Counted from the whole stretch's first letter, positions 1-11,014 are shown. The stretch is 61,686 bases of DNA, filler included, from Deltaproteobacteria bacterium (GCA_030698575.1; 14 parts of 14 records of this genome joined end to end with filler, not necessarily neighbours in it); one strand, 5' to 3'. Notes: generated by a model from the letters alone, not told the origin. Translations and numbers: made by a program.

Positions 1-167
1 CTTTATCCGGCATGGCTACGAAGGGCGAAAGCCGACTCGAGCTCCTCTTGCGGAGTTGGCGGCAATTCGCCACACACAGGCATGAATCGACGACCCCGGC
101 CGCAATAACGGTCGGGGTCGTCGTTCACAACCCGCCGCGCCCACGGCGCGGCGTCCATTTTGGCTCC

Positions 168-1363
168 TGTGCTTGGCGAATTACTAATTACGCCGCCATC
201 GGGAGCTTGTACAGCCCCCGGCAATGAGCTTGCCACCGGAATCGCCGCACCTCAACCCAGCGGCGGGGCCTTTCCCCGCCGGCCTCCGCAGGCGTACCAC
301 CCCCGAGCGACGCGTGCGCCCGGTGCTCATTGTAGTACTCTTTGAACTCCCCCAGCTTCCGCTCCAAGTCCTTGGCATTCCAGAATAATGTTTGGTCCAG
401 GAACTCCCGGCGGGTAGTCCCGACCAACCGCTCAACGAACGGATGCGACAGCGGCACATACGCCACCGTCTTGATCTCCTCCACTCCGAGAATACGCAGA
501 TTGGCTTGCCATCGGTGATACTCGAAGAGCGGATCGTTGTCCGTACTCAGGCAACGAGGAACGCCCATCAGCGCCACGGCCTCGTTGAACATCCGGCAAA
601 CCGCGACGCCGTCGACGTCGCCCACATGGACCGAAAAGCCGATGATGCGCCGCGTGAACTGGTCCATGATCACCATGACCCAGTGGGTCCGGAGCAGCAT
701 CGACTCGCAGCGAAAGAGATCCATGCTCCACAGGCTGTCCTTCATGTGCCCGAGGAAGGTGAGCCAGGATGGCCCGCCGTCCCCGGGTCTCAGATCGTAG
801 TACTTGGCGAGGACCCGCCTGACCACGTCCTTGTCGATATCGATGCCGAAGTCATGGGCGATCTGCTGCGCGATCCGTGGGTACCCGAATCGGGGATTCC
901 GACGCTTCATTTCGACGATGATCTGGATGAGCTCCTGGGATGGCCCCTTCGGGCCGGGCGTCCCTCGCCGCTGGGGCGTGTAGAGCAGCCGGTATTTCCG
1001 CTTCTTGAGCGCATCGTGAAAGCTCAACAACGTCGAGGGCCTGAGGATGATGGCGACCCGGGGAATGCGGCGCTCACCGAGAAGAAGTGACCAGAAGCCG
1101 AACAGAAGGCGGTCGAGGGCGGAGAAGTTTGGAGCCCGATGGCGGGACCGGCCGACGACCAAGAGCTGCTGCTTCAGGAGAACGCTCTCGGCAACGATGG
1201 CACGCCCGCCGCCGGAGCCGAGGAGCCTGGCGATCGTCGTCAGCAGGTGCCCGAGGAGGATGAATAAGGCTCTCATGGCGCGGGAGCGTAGGTCAGAATG
1301 CCGGCTGGGGCAAGCCGACCGAATCCCTGATTTTCAGCCACAAATTGGAATTCGCCAGGCACA
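168..1363 (-). mobile_element. Insertion sequence, IS481-like (TGT...ACA ends, rve transposase)
   Basis: TGTGCTTGGCGAATT (168-182) is the inverted copy of AATTCGCCAGGCACA (1349-1363), 14/15 match, enclosing one integrase-core ORF; no target duplication visible. Confidence 0.75.
188..1276 (-). CDS. Integrase core (rve, DDE) domain transposase
   Basis: HTH segment (NPRFGYPRIA), WSMDLF...IMDQFTRRIIG, STDNDP, FVERLVGT.RRE.LD, YYNEHRAHASL motifs. Confidence 0.9.
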   Translation of the reverse strand: MRALFILLGHLLTTIARLLGSGGGRAIVAESVLLKQQLLVVGRSRHRAPNFSALDRLLFGFWSLLLGERRIPRVAIILRPSTLLSFHDALKKRKYRLLYTPQRRGTPGPKGPSQELIQIIVEMKRRNPRFGYPRIAQQIAHDFGIDIDKDVVRRVLAKYYDLRPGDGGPSWLTFLGHMKDSLWSMDLFRCESMLLRTHWVMVIMDQFTRRIIGFSVHVGDVDGVAVCRMFNEAVALMGVPRCLSTDNDPLFEYHRWQANLRILGVEEIKTVAYVPLSHPFVERLVGTTRREFLDQTLFWNAKDLERKLGEFKEYYNEHRAHASLGGGTPAEAGGERPRRWVEVRRFRWQAHCRGLYKLPMAA

Positions 1364-1798
1364 CCTCGGTATCCAGGCGCGAAGCTTCGGAACAGAGAGT
1401 CGCGCCGTCCACACCGTCGCCTATAAGTCGGCGAACAAAGGGCAGATAAGCGACGACCCCGGAAGCGCCTGCCTCCGAGGTCGTCGTTACCTACGGACCG
1501 CCTTGCATCGGCGATCCTTTCGATGGCTCCCCAAAGCCAACCCTCTTCATAACCACTCTCTCCGAACACCAAGAGGCCGAAGAGTGCTGTTCTTCCCAAA
1601 ACTCGTTGCTCTTGAAATCATTGAGATTCCTCTCTTTCCGCCTAGATTCGTTTCCACTAGTTCAAGCCAGCACTTGGCATTAATCCGCAGGTGTCGGGCG
1701 TCTCGGTCCCCGTCTTGTAATTCCCCAGACCGAATAAGGTAAACTCAACCTGCCCCAGGCAGAATGGATTTTTTGTGGAGGACAGTTTGGGAGAAGCC

Positions 1799-3160
1799 AT
1801 GCAAGGCTCCGCCTTCAGAGAGCTGCCGCACGTAGTGATTTTGGGGGGTGGGTTCGCAGGCCTCTATGCGGTACGGGCACTGAAGAATGCTCCCTTACGC
1901 ATCACATTGATCGACCGCCGCAATCATCACCTCTTTCAGCCCTTGCTCTATCAGGTGGCAACGGCTGCCCTGGCTGCACCAGACATCGCGGAACCGATCC
2001 GGAAGGTTTTCAGGCGGCAGAGAAACGTGACCGTGCTGCTCGCCGAAGCGACGTCAATTGATCTGCAGAACCGACGGGTTCTTCTGGCTGACGGCGAGGT
2101 AACGTACGATCGGCTGGTCGTCGCAACCGGTTCAACACACGCTTATTTTGGTCAAGACGAATGGTCGCGGCATGCCCCCGGCCTCAAAAGCATCGAAGAC
2201 GCTTTCGAGATCCGCCGGCGCGTTCTGTCGGCGTTCGAGGCAGCCGAGCGGGAGGATGACCCGGGGGAGCAGCGTGTCTGGCTGACGTTCGTGGTGGTGG
2301 GGGCCGGCCCGACAGGCGTGGAACTTGCGGGGGCGCTGCGGGAGATCGCTCAGAGAACGCTGGCGCGCGACTTTCGAAATTTCGATCCACGGGAAACCCG
2401 GGTCATCCTGATTGAGGGAGCCGATCGTGTGCTTCCACCGTTTCCGAAGGAGTTGTCGAGGAAGGCCCGCATGCTGCTTGAAAAACGCGGCGTGGAGGTG
2501 CGCACCAGCCGCGTAGTAACCGGGGTGGATGGCGAAGGCGTGAGCATCGGCGACGAGCGCATCCAGGCCCGAACCGTGCTGTGGGCTGCGGGCGTGAGAG
2601 CATCGTCACTGGCCAAGTCGCTCGGCGTGGCGCTGGACGAGCAGGGCCGGGTACTGGTGAAGCCGGACCTCTCGGTTCCCGGACATCCGGAGGTCTTCGT
2701 CGTTGGAGACCTCGCTGCGGTGAAGCAAGACGGCGGATGGGTCCCGGGGATGGCCCCGGCGGCGATACAGGAAGGCCGCCACGCCGCGCTCAATATCCGC
2801 CGGAGCATTGAGGGCAAGCCATGCCTGCCGTTCCAGTACAGGGATCGCGGCATGCTTGCCACGATCGGCCGCTCATCTGCGGTGGCCGCGATAGGTCCAT
2901 TCCGATTCTCCGGGTTTCTGGCCTGGACGCTCTGGCTGGTTGTTCACATTGTGTGGCTGATAGGCTTTCGGAACCGACTTGTCGTCCTCTTCGAGTGGAC
3001 CTGGGCTTACCTCACCTTCCAGCGGAGCGCTCGCGTGATTCTGGACCGCCCCCTTGGAGGCCCCGAAACTCTGAGCCCCCCGACGGATGCACCATCGAGG
3101 CGCGCCGCGGATCGACCTAGACTGGCAAAGACCGAAGAGAGCGACTCGGATAACGGCTAG
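1799..3160 (+). CDS. ndh: Type II NADH dehydrogenase (FAD-dependent)
   Basis: VVILGGGFAG, HLFQPLLYQVAT, VVVGAGPTGVELAG, VFVVGDLA, GFRNR motifs. Confidence 0.92.
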   Translation: MQGSAFRELPHVVILGGGFAGLYAVRALKNAPLRITLIDRRNHHLFQPLLYQVATAALAAPDIAEPIRKVFRRQRNVTVLLAEATSIDLQNRRVLLADGEVTYDRLVVATGSTHAYFGQDEWSRHAPGLKSIEDAFEIRRRVLSAFEAAEREDDPGEQRVWLTFVVVGAGPTGVELAGALREIAQRTLARDFRNFDPRETRVILIEGADRVLPPFPKELSRKARMLLEKRGVEVRTSRVVTGVDGEGVSIGDERIQARTVLWAAGVRASSLAKSLGVALDEQGRVLVKPDLSVPGHPEVFVVGDLAAVKQDGGWVPGMAPAAIQEGRHAALNIRRSIEGKPCLPFQYRDRGMLATIGRSSAVAAIGPFRFSGFLAWTLWLVVHIVWLIGFRNRLVVLFEWTWAYLTFQRSARVILDRPLGGPETLSPPTDAPSRRAADRPRLAKTEESDSDNG

Positions 3161-3166
3161 GCCGCA

Positions 3167-3874
3167 TCAGGTGGGCCCTACCGGCGGGATGCCGTGGCCG
3201 ATGAGAACGCTGCGGCGGATGGCCCGCGTGACGAAGCGTTTGGCGAGAGAGACCGCTTTCTCCAGCCTGGCGCCGAGGGCGAGATGGGCGGCGATGGCTG
3301 CCGAAAGAGTGCAGCCTGCCCCGTGTGTGGCCGTGCCGCGAGGGCCCGAGATCCGCTTAGCCCCGAGGCGGGTGATCCTTCGCCCGTAAAAAAGGACGTC
3401 CACCGAAGAAGGTCCGGCTGTTCGTCCTCCTTTTACAAGCACGGCGCGCGGGCCGAGCTTGGCGATGCGGCGGGCCGCCTCTTCCTGATCCGCAGTCGTC
3501 GTCACCTCGATTCCGGACAGGGCGGCGGCCTCGAAGGCGTTGGGTGTCACGATGAACGCGAGGGGAAGGAGGCGCTCCACCATCATGCGTTCGGCCTCAG
3601 GCGCGAGAAGGCGATCACCGCCGGCGGCGCGCATCACGGACAGACTCTCGACAAATGACACACGCGATTTGAAGACAATATATTCCCGCAATTCGTCGTC
3701 GACGCGAAGATGGTGGGGCTTCTCCCCGTACACCCAGACCGTCGGCACCGGGGCTCCACTTTGCAGCAGGTGCTTGAGTGCCATGAGAAATGGATCGAGC
3801 ATGCGTGGGTAGATGTGGCCGGTGTAGACGAGGTCGCAATCGAGACGAGATGCCCCGGACTCATCGTCGGGGGG
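3167..3874 (-). pseudogene. thiD: Chimeric ORF: glycosyltransferase(GT4)-like fragment fused in frame to the C-terminal half of HMP/HMP-P kinase ThiD; open at contig edge
   Basis: C-terminal IVTPNAFEA, VLVKGG, THGAGCTLSAAIAA are ThiD; the ThiD N-terminus is absent and replaced by LVYTGHIYPR..PFLMAL..VYG..IVFKSRVSFVESL. Confidence 0.7.
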
Positions 3875-3974
3875 NNNNNNNNNNNNNNNNNNNNNNNNNN
3901 NNNNNNNNNNNNNNNNNNTTAATTAATTAANNNNNNNNNNNNNNNNNNNNNNNNNNNNNNNNNNNNNNNNNNNN
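3875..3974. other. Artificial contig spacer (first of 13)
   Basis: N-run with central TTAATTAATTAA; others at 9696-9795, 13822-13921, 19023-19122, 25101-25200, 28036-28135, 31178-31277, 38229-38328, 41360-41459, 44302-44401, 48267-48366, 53515-53614, 58022-58121. Confidence 0.99.
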
Positions 3975-3975
3975 G

Positions 3976-4458
3976 CAGTTCGGCGTGGAACCGGATGTGA
4001 TGGTTCTGGCCAAGGGGCTGGGGAACGGCTTCCCGATCGGGGCCTTGCTCGCGCGGGAAGAGATCGCGAAGTGCTTCATCCCCGGCACGCATGGGGCCAC
4101 CTTCGGCGGCAACCCACTGGCCGCGGCAGCCGCTCTGGCCACCTGCGAGACGCTGACCGGGGGCGTCATCGATCACGGCGCGCGCATGGGGGCTCTTCTG
4201 AGATCGAGGCTTGACGAGATGGCCTCGCGCTTCCCCTTCATCAAGGAGGTGCGGGGCATCGGCCTGCACCTGGCTGCCGAGACCGACATCGACTGCAAGC
4301 CGGTCCTCGAAGCCTGCATCGCGCGGGGGCTCCTGGTGAACGTGATCCAGGGCAAGATCCTGCGCTTCATCCCGCCGCTCGTCGTCACCGGGGACGAGAT
4401 TGCGGAAGGCTCAGCCACGCTGGAGGCCGCGCTCGAACTGGCGGGCGGCGCTGGTTGA
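3976..4458 (+). CDS. argD: Acetylornithine aminotransferase, C-terminal part (5' truncated)
   Basis: PDVMVLAKGLGNGFPIGA, HGATFGGNPLA, EVRGIGL, LRFIPPL; precedes argF-argG. Confidence 0.9.
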   Translation, partial: QFGVEPDVMVLAKGLGNGFPIGALLAREEIAKCFIPGTHGATFGGNPLAAAAALATCETLTGGVIDHGARMGALLRSRLDEMASRFPFIKEVRGIGLHLAAETDIDCKPVLEACIARGLLVNVIQGKILRFIPPLVVTGDEIAEGSATLEAALELAGGAG

Positions 4459-4480
4459 AGCGTCTTGTCGAGGAGTGGAT

Positions 4481-5422
4481 TTGAAAGACCTCATCAGCAT
4501 CGCCGATCTGAACGAGCAGGAAGTCCAGCGGATCCTGGGCCGCGCGGCAGAGCTGAAGGCGATGCACGTCCGCGGTGAAGTGCACCGGCCGCTCGAGGGG
4601 AAGACTCTCGGGATGTTCTTCGAGAAGCCCTCGCTGCGCACGCGCGTCACCTTCGAGGTGGGCATGGCGCACCTGGGAGGGCATGCGATCCTGCTCACGC
4701 CCGAGCACATCGCCATCGGCGTGCGCGAGACCGTCACGGACGTCGGCAAGAACCTCGAGCGGTGGGTCGATCTCATTGTGGCACGGACCTACTCGCACCA
4801 GCTCGTGAAGGATCTTGCGGCGGCCGCCTCGATCCCCGTCATCAACGGTCTCACGGATTTGCTTCACCCCTGCCAGATCCTGGCCGATCTCTTCACGCTG
4901 GTGGAGCACTTCACCGACATCAGCGGGGTGAAGGTCGCCTACCTGGGCGACGGGAACAACGTGGCGAACTCCTGGATCAACGGCGCCGTCAAAACAGGGA
5001 TCGATCTCACGATCGCCGCTCCCGAGGGTTACGACCCGGATCCGAACGTTCTGCGCGAAGCCCGGGCCTACGGCGAACCGAAGGGGCGGCGGGTAAGGGT
5101 GCTGCGGGATCCTTACGAAGCCGTGGAGGGGGCCGACGTGATCTACACGGACGTCTGGGCCAGCATGGGACAGGAGTCGGAGCGTGAGGCGCGCATCAAA
5201 ATCTTCCGCCCCTACCAGGTGAACCGCGATCTGCTCGCGAAGGCCCGGCCGGGTGCGCTCGTCATGCACTGCCTCCCCGCCCACCGGGGCGAGGAGATCA
5301 CCGACGACGTGCTGGACGGCCCCAACTCCGTCGTTTTTCAGGAGGCCGAGAACCGGCTGCACGTCCAGAAGGCGGTGATGGAGATCCTCGCCGCAGCGCC
5401 ACGAAAGGTGTCATCGCAATGA
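4481..5422 (+). CDS. argF: Ornithine carbamoyltransferase
   Basis: [44 protein letters not shown] before TTG. Confidence 0.96.
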   Translation: MKDLISIADLNEQEVQRILGRAAELKAMHVRGEVHRPLEGKTLGMFFEKPSLRTRVTFEVGMAHLGGHAILLTPEHIAIGVRETVTDVGKNLERWVDLIVARTYSHQLVKDLAAAASIPVINGLTDLLHPCQILADLFTLVEHFTDISGVKVAYLGDGNNVANSWINGAVKTGIDLTIAAPEGYDPDPNVLREARAYGEPKGRRVRVLRDPYEAVEGADVIYTDVWASMGQESEREARIKIFRPYQVNRDLLAKARPGALVMHCLPAHRGEEITDDVLDGPNSVVFQEAENRLHVQKAVMEILAAAPRKVSSQ

Positions 5423-6621
5423 AAAAGATCATTCTCGCCTACAGTGGCGGTCTGGACACGTCGGTCATTCTCAAGTGGCTCGTCGAGACCTACCGCTGCC
5501 CGGTGGTGGCCTTCGTGGCCGACATCGGCCAGGTGGACGATCTCTCCGGCGTCGAAAAGAAGGCGCTGGCGACGGGCGCCGAGAAGTGCGTGGTGGAGAA
5601 TCTGCAGGAGGAGTTCGTCCGCGATTTCTTCTTTCCCGCCTTGCGCGCGGCGGCGGTGTACGAGGGGAGCTACCTGCTCGGCACGAGCCTGGCCCGCCCC
5701 CTAATCGCGAAGGCGCAAATCGAACTGGCGCAGCGGGAGGGCGCCGACAGAGTGTCGCACGGCGCCACGGGGAAGGGTAACGATCAGGTCCGCTTCGAGC
5801 TGACCTACCTGGCCCTCGATCCCGGGATCAGGATCATCGCCCCCTGGCGTGAGTGGGGCGACGAATTCGACTCGCGCGAATCCATGATCGCATACGCGCA
5901 GAAGCACAACATCCCCGTCCAGGCCACGGCGGCCAAGCCCTATTCGTCGGACTCGAACCTGCTGCACATCTCCTACGAGGGGGGCGTGCTGGAGGATCCC
6001 TGGCTGGAGCCCGAGGAAGACATGTTCGTGATGACGCGGGCGCCGGAGGCAGCCCCCGATCGGCCGCAGTACGTCGAGGTGGATTTCGAGGCGGGGGTTC
6101 CCGTGAAGGTCGACGGCGAGGCGCTTTCGCCGGCGGCGCTGCTCCGGCGGCTGAACGAGTTCGGGGGCGAGCACGGCGTGGGGCGTGTCGATCTCGTCGA
6201 GAACCGGTTCGTCGGCATGAAGTCACGGGGCGTCTACGAGACGCCGGGCGGCACGATCCTGCACGTCGCTCACCGGGCGGTTGAAAGCCTGACCGTCGAC
6301 CGCGAGGTGCTCCACCTTCGGGACGGCTGGATCACGCAGTACGCCACGCTCGTCTACAACGGTTTCTGGTACGCCCCCGAGCGCGAGATGCTCCAGGCGG
6401 CCATCGACAGGTCGCAGCAGTTCGTGACCGGCACGGCGCGGGTGAAGCTCTACAAGGGGAGCGTGACGGTGGCGGGGCGGAAAGCGCCGCGATCGCTCTA
6501 CCGGCAGGACTACGCCACCTTCGAGCGCGAGGAGGTCTTCCAGCAGGCCGACGCGACCGGCTTCATCCGGCTGAACGCGCTTCGCCTGAAAATCCAGTCG
6601 ATGATCCGGGGCGGCAAGTAG
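5419..6621 (+). CDS. argG: Argininosuccinate synthase
   Basis: [37 protein letters not shown]. Confidence 0.97.
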   Translation: MKKIILAYSGGLDTSVILKWLVETYRCPVVAFVADIGQVDDLSGVEKKALATGAEKCVVENLQEEFVRDFFFPALRAAAVYEGSYLLGTSLARPLIAKAQIELAQREGADRVSHGATGKGNDQVRFELTYLALDPGIRIIAPWREWGDEFDSRESMIAYAQKHNIPVQATAAKPYSSDSNLLHISYEGGVLEDPWLEPEEDMFVMTRAPEAAPDRPQYVEVDFEAGVPVKVDGEALSPAALLRRLNEFGGEHGVGRVDLVENRFVGMKSRGVYETPGGTILHVAHRAVESLTVDREVLHLRDGWITQYATLVYNGFWYAPEREMLQAAIDRSQQFVTGTARVKLYKGSVTVAGRKAPRSLYRQDYATFEREEVFQQADATGFIRLNALRLKIQSMIRGGK

Positions 6622-6631
6622 GCCGGACTTC

Positions 6632-6660
6632 TTGACAGTTTCCCGTGCCTGACCTAGGAT
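6632..6660 (+). promoter_or_regulatory. Putative sigma70 promoter for aminotransferase-serA-purA
   Basis: TTGACA-17 nt-TAGGAT. Confidence 0.6.
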
Positions 6661-6805
6661 TCCCCGGTTTTTCCCGGCGGCAAGCGGCCGCCGGCGGCCC
6701 CGGCCTCGTCCGTCAGACTGTACTTCCGCTATCATCTCGACAGAGAGGACTTCCGCAAGGCGACGTCCGGCTTCTCGGAAAGCCCCGATCAGAAAGGATT
6801 CCTGG

Positions 6806-7945
6806 ATGAAGAAGCGCTACCTGCTCGCGCCGGGGCCCACCCCCGTGCCCGAGCGCGTTCTGCTCGCAATGGCCATGCCCATTCTCCACCACCGCTCCCC
6901 TGAGTTCGAACCGATCTTTCAGGAGGTCCGGGATGGCCTGAAGTGGATCTTCCAGACCGCGAACGAAGTGCTGCTGTTCGCCTCCTCCGGGACCGGCGCG
7001 ATGGAAGGCGCGGTGACGAACCTGCTCTCCCGCGGCGACGAGGCCATCTGTGTGCGGGGCGGCAAGTTCGGCGAACGCTGGGCCGAGATCTGCAAGGCCT
7101 ACGGCGTCGTGGCGCACAACATCGACGTGACCTGGGGCGAGGCGGTCGATCCCGCGGCTGTTCGCGAGGCCCTCAAGAAGCACCCGAAGACGAAGGCGGT
7201 CTACTTCCAGGCCTGCGAAACCTCCACGGGCGTCGGGCATCCGGTCAAGGAAATCGCCGCCACCGTCCGTGAGAACTCCGATGCGCTGATAATCTGCGAC
7301 GGCATCACGGGCATCGGCGTCAACGACCTTCCGGTGGACGACTGGGGTATCGACGTGGCGGTTGCGGGCTCGCAGAAGGCCTTCATGCTGCCGCCGGGAC
7401 TTGCCTTCGCCAGCGTGTCGGCCCGCGCCTGGAAGAGCGCCGAGACGGCCGATCTGCCGAAGTACTACTTCAACTGGAAAACCGAGCATGGCGCGCATCT
7501 GAAGAACCAGAGCGCCTGGACGCCGGCCGTCTCGCTGATGATCGGGCTCCGTGAGGCGCTTCGGATGATGAAGGAGGAGACGCTTCCGGCCATGTTCGAG
7601 CGGCACGCCCGCCTGGCGGAGGCCACTCGTGCCGGCGCGCAGGCGCTCGGCCTGGAGCTTTTCGCGCCGAAAAGCCCGGCCACCGCGCTGACGGCGATCA
7701 AGGGACCCGAGGGCATCGATACGGGAAAGATCACCAAGACGCTGCGCGACCAGCTGGGCGTCACGATCGCGGGCGGCCAGTCGCAGCTCAAGGGAAAGAT
7801 CTTCCGGATCTCGCACTTCGGCTACGTGACGCGATTCGACGTGCTGACGGGACTGGTGGCGTTGGAGATCGCGCTGCAATCCCTCGGTTATCCGGTGAAG
7901 CTGGGGGAGGGCGTCAAGGCGGCCGAGGAGCGACTCGGTCTTTAG
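6806..7945 (+). CDS. Class V PLP aminotransferase (alanine/serine-glyoxylate type, probable SerC substitute)
   Basis: LLAPGPTPVP, SSGTGAMEG, ETSTGV, AGSQKAFMLPPGL; directly upstream of serA. Confidence 0.9.
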   Translation: MKKRYLLAPGPTPVPERVLLAMAMPILHHRSPEFEPIFQEVRDGLKWIFQTANEVLLFASSGTGAMEGAVTNLLSRGDEAICVRGGKFGERWAEICKAYGVVAHNIDVTWGEAVDPAAVREALKKHPKTKAVYFQACETSTGVGHPVKEIAATVRENSDALIICDGITGIGVNDLPVDDWGIDVAVAGSQKAFMLPPGLAFASVSARAWKSAETADLPKYYFNWKTEHGAHLKNQSAWTPAVSLMIGLREALRMMKEETLPAMFERHARLAEATRAGAQALGLELFAPKSPATALTAIKGPEGIDTGKITKTLRDQLGVTIAGGQSQLKGKIFRISHFGYVTRFDVLTGLVALEIALQSLGYPVKLGEGVKAAEERLGL

Positions 7946-7980
7946 ATTTGATTTGATCCGAGAGGAAGAGGGAGGAATTC

Positions 7981-9585
7981 GTGACGGACACGCAGCTGAA
8001 GCGCATCCTTGTTACCGACAAGCTCGATGACGAAGGGCTCCGGATCCTCGAGAGCGCCCCGGGAATCCATGTTGACGTCAAGACGGGCCTGCCCCCGGAG
8101 GAGCTCAAGAAGATCATCGGCGGGTATCATGGCCTCGCCATCCGGTCCGCCACGAAGGCGTCGGCTGATCTGCTCGAGGCGGCGCATGACCTCGAGGCCA
8201 TCGGTCGCGCCGGCATCGGCGTTGACAACGTGGACGTGCCCGCGGCCAGCCGGCAGGGCATTGTGGTCATGAACACGCCCGAGGGATCGGCGGTGACGAC
8301 CGCGGAGCACGCCCTGTCGCTGCTCCTCACCCTGGCCCGCAAGGTCGCGCAGGCCACCGCCTCGATGAAAGCCGGCAAGTGGGACAAGAAGCGCTTCATG
8401 GGGACCGAGCTCAGCGCCAAGACGCTCGGGATCATCGGCATCGGAAACATCGGCGCCATCGTTGCAGACCGGGCGCAGGGGCTGAAGATGAAGGTGATCG
8501 CCTACGATCCCTACATCTCGCCCGACGCGGCGGCCAAGAAGGACATCGAGCTGGTGGCTGAACTCGATGAGTTTCTCGGGCGCGCTGATTTCATCAGCAT
8601 TCACGTGCCGCTCACGAAAGACACGAAGCACCTCATCAACAAGGAAGCCTTTGCGAAGATGAAGAAGGAGGTGCTCATCGTGAACGCCGCGCGCGGAGGG
8701 ATCATCCACGAGGGTGATCTGTTCGACGCGCTCCAGAGCGGCAAGGTCGGGGGCGCCGCGCTCGACGTGTGGGAGAAGGAACCCCCCGGCGAGAGCCCGC
8801 TGCTTGGCCTCGATCAGGTCATCTGCACGCCGCATCTTGGCGCCTCGACGGAGGAGGCCCAGCTCAACGTGAGTGTCGCAGTGGCCCGCCAGCTTGTCGA
8901 TTTCTTCACCACGGGAACCATCAAGAACGCTGTGAACGTGCCGAGCGTCAGCAAGGAGCTGCTCGTTCGCATGGGACCTTACCTCGATCTGGCGGAACGG
9001 CTTGGCCGATTCATCGCGCAGACCTACGAGGGGGGCATCGAGCAAGTCTCCATCGAGTATTTCGGTGAGGTGGGGAAGTTCGATAACCTGACGCCGCTGA
9101 CCGTGGCGGCGATGAAAGGGCTGCTCGAGCCTGTGCTCGGGGAGAAGGTCAACTTCGTCAATGCGCTGCTGCTCGCCAAGGAGCGGGGCATTCGGCTGGT
9201 CGAGAGCCGCACGAATGATGCGACCGACTTTGCGAGCCTGATCGAACTCAAGGTCAGGGGCGCGGGGGGCGAGCATCTGATCTGGGGGACGATCTTCGGC
9301 CACCGCTACCCGCGCATCATCCGCATCGACAACTTCTACATGGAAGCCCACGCGGGCGGCCACATCATCGTGATGCACAACCTCGACAAGCCGGGCGTGG
9401 TGGGCGCCGTCGGAAATCTGCTGGGAAGCAACGGCATCAACATCGCCCGAATGCAGCTCGGCCTGGACACCGCGAAGGGCGAGGCCATGGCGCTCATCCA
9501 GGTCGATCAGCCCATCTCCGGCGAGGTGCTCAGGCAGTTCGAGACCCTTCCCAACCTCCTCTGGGTCAAGCAGATCGAGCTCTGA
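7981..9585 (+). CDS. serA: D-3-phosphoglycerate dehydrogenase (long form with ASB/ACT)
   Basis: [42 protein letters not shown] domain. Confidence 0.96.
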   Translation: MTDTQLKRILVTDKLDDEGLRILESAPGIHVDVKTGLPPEELKKIIGGYHGLAIRSATKASADLLEAAHDLEAIGRAGIGVDNVDVPAASRQGIVVMNTPEGSAVTTAEHALSLLLTLARKVAQATASMKAGKWDKKRFMGTELSAKTLGIIGIGNIGAIVADRAQGLKMKVIAYDPYISPDAAAKKDIELVAELDEFLGRADFISIHVPLTKDTKHLINKEAFAKMKKEVLIVNAARGGIIHEGDLFDALQSGKVGGAALDVWEKEPPGESPLLGLDQVICTPHLGASTEEAQLNVSVAVARQLVDFFTTGTIKNAVNVPSVSKELLVRMGPYLDLAERLGRFIAQTYEGGIEQVSIEYFGEVGKFDNLTPLTVAAMKGLLEPVLGEKVNFVNALLLAKERGIRLVESRTNDATDFASLIELKVRGAGGEHLIWGTIFGHRYPRIIRIDNFYMEAHAGGHIIVMHNLDKPGVVGAVGNLLGSNGINIARMQLGLDTAKGEAMALIQVDQPISGEVLRQFETLPNLLWVKQIEL

Positions 9586-9595
9586 AAGGACCGCC

Positions 9596-9695
9596 ATGGC
9601 CAGGAACGTCGTCGTTGTCGGGGCCCAGTGGGGCGATGAGGGCAAGGGCAAGGTCGTCGACATCCTGTCGGTGAACGCCCGCGTTATCGTTCGCT
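9596..9695 (+). CDS. purA: Adenylosuccinate synthetase, N-terminus (truncated by contig end)
   Basis: [22 protein letters not shown]. Confidence 0.93.
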
Positions 9696-9964
9696 NNNNN
9701 NNNNNNNNNNNNNNNNNNNNNNNNNNNNNNNNNNNNNNNTTAATTAATTAANNNNNNNNNNNNNNNNNNNNNNNNNNNNNNNNNNNNNNNNNNNNTACGA
9801 CTCAAGGATCCAGGATTCATCTTTGAATGGGAAGCAATCGCGAACGGGGAAACCATCCGTGTTGAAGTGTGGGTGTCCGAATGGGGTCGCCCAGAGCTAG
9901 CACCTGGAAAAGGTATTGAGCATCTTGAGGGGACGAAGACTCACCATTAGTGGTGGGGCAGGCA

Positions 9965-9994
9965 TGACTTGTTTGACTTGTTAGACCCGACCCC
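9965..9994. repeat. Left flanking motif of RAYT
   Basis: TGACTTGTTTGACTTGTT followed by AGACCCGACCCC. Confidence 0.65.
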
Positions 9995-10054
9995 GCCTCC
10001 TTCTCCCAACCCTTAGCCTCCCTGAAAATCGTTCCCTGCGATGCTTGGAGCCGC

Positions 10055-10999
10055 ATGGCCCGCAAGCCACGCGTCCACGCGCCGGGAGCGCTCTACCACG
10101 TCATGCTCCGCGGCAACGCGGGCGCCGACCTCTTCTTCTCCGACCGCGACCGTGTGCTCCTCGAGGGCCTCATCGCCGAGGGCGTCGCGCGTTTCGCGCA
10201 CCGCGTCCACGCTTACTGCTGGATGACCAACCATCTGCATCTGGCCATCCAGGTCGGCGCCGTCCCCCTCTCGAAGGTCATCCACAACCTGGCCTTCCGC
10301 TACGCCGGCTGGCTGAACCGGCAGCAGGGCGGCGTGGGCCACGTCTTCCAGCGGCGCTACGAGGCCCGGCTGATCGACTGCAACCGCTACCTGCTGACGC
10401 TCGTCCGGTACATCCACCAGAACCCCGTGAAGGCCGGGATCGCGCCCCGTCCCGAGGACTACCCCTGGAGCAGCCACCGCGCCTATCTCGGCCGGGACAA
10501 GGCTCCGTGGCTCACGACCGCAGCGGTGCTGTGCTGCTTTGGCGAGCGGGTGGGGGAGAGCCGGCGGCGCTTCCAGGCGTTCGTGGACGAGGTGGTGCCG
10601 GGGGAGGACGCAGGAAGCGAACTCGGTGAAGCAGAAAGTGGAGCGCTTCTCCCCCTCGAGAGCTTCGATCCCGAGGCCGAAGACAGCGCCCTGACACGGA
10701 CGCCGCCCGCCCCATCGCTGGAAGATCTCTGCGCAAGGGTCTGCCACGAGATGGGCGTGAGCCCGGCCGAGCTGTCAGGGCCCTCGCGCGTCCGGCGCCT
10801 CGCGCGTGCGCGACACCTGATTGCCTGGCTGGCACTGAACCTGGAGTGTGGGACGTTGACCGATCTGGCGCGCCGGTTCGGGCGCGACCCGGCGGCGCTC
10901 TGCCGGGGCGTCGAGCGGATTGGAAAGGAAATCCAATCGAACGCTGACCTACGCCGGAAGATCGCGCGCTGGTCCGAAGCGCCTCCAACAAGTCAATAA
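10055..10999 (+). CDS. REP-associated tyrosine transposase (Y1/HUH) with C-terminal DnaA_C-like HTH
   Basis: MARKPR..PGALYHVMLRGN, AYCWMTNHLHL (HUH), GHVFQRRY, YIHQNPVKAG, YPWSSH. Confidence 0.92.
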   Translation: MARKPRVHAPGALYHVMLRGNAGADLFFSDRDRVLLEGLIAEGVARFAHRVHAYCWMTNHLHLAIQVGAVPLSKVIHNLAFRYAGWLNRQQGGVGHVFQRRYEARLIDCNRYLLTLVRYIHQNPVKAGIAPRPEDYPWSSHRAYLGRDKAPWLTTAAVLCCFGERVGESRRRFQAFVDEVVPGEDAGSELGEAESGALLPLESFDPEAEDSALTRTPPAPSLEDLCARVCHEMGVSPAELSGPSRVRRLARARHLIAWLALNLECGTLTDLARRFGRDPAALCRGVERIGKEIQSNADLRRKIARWSEAPPTSQ

Positions 11000-11014
11000 G
11001 TCAAGCCTGACCCC
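10987..11014. repeat. Right flanking motif of RAYT
   Basis: AACAAGTCAATAAGTCA (near-inverted copy of the left motif) followed by AGCCTGACCCC (direct copy of the left tail). Confidence 0.65.

Noticed and set aside
1675-1689. sigma54-like TGGCAT...CGCA upstream of ndh
   Set aside because: GG to GC spacing is 9 nt rather than the required 10
10055-10999. RAYT as the mobiliser of the nested-palindrome repeats
   Set aside because: Its own flanks carry a different motif and no nested-palindrome copy lies on its contig, so no link is supported
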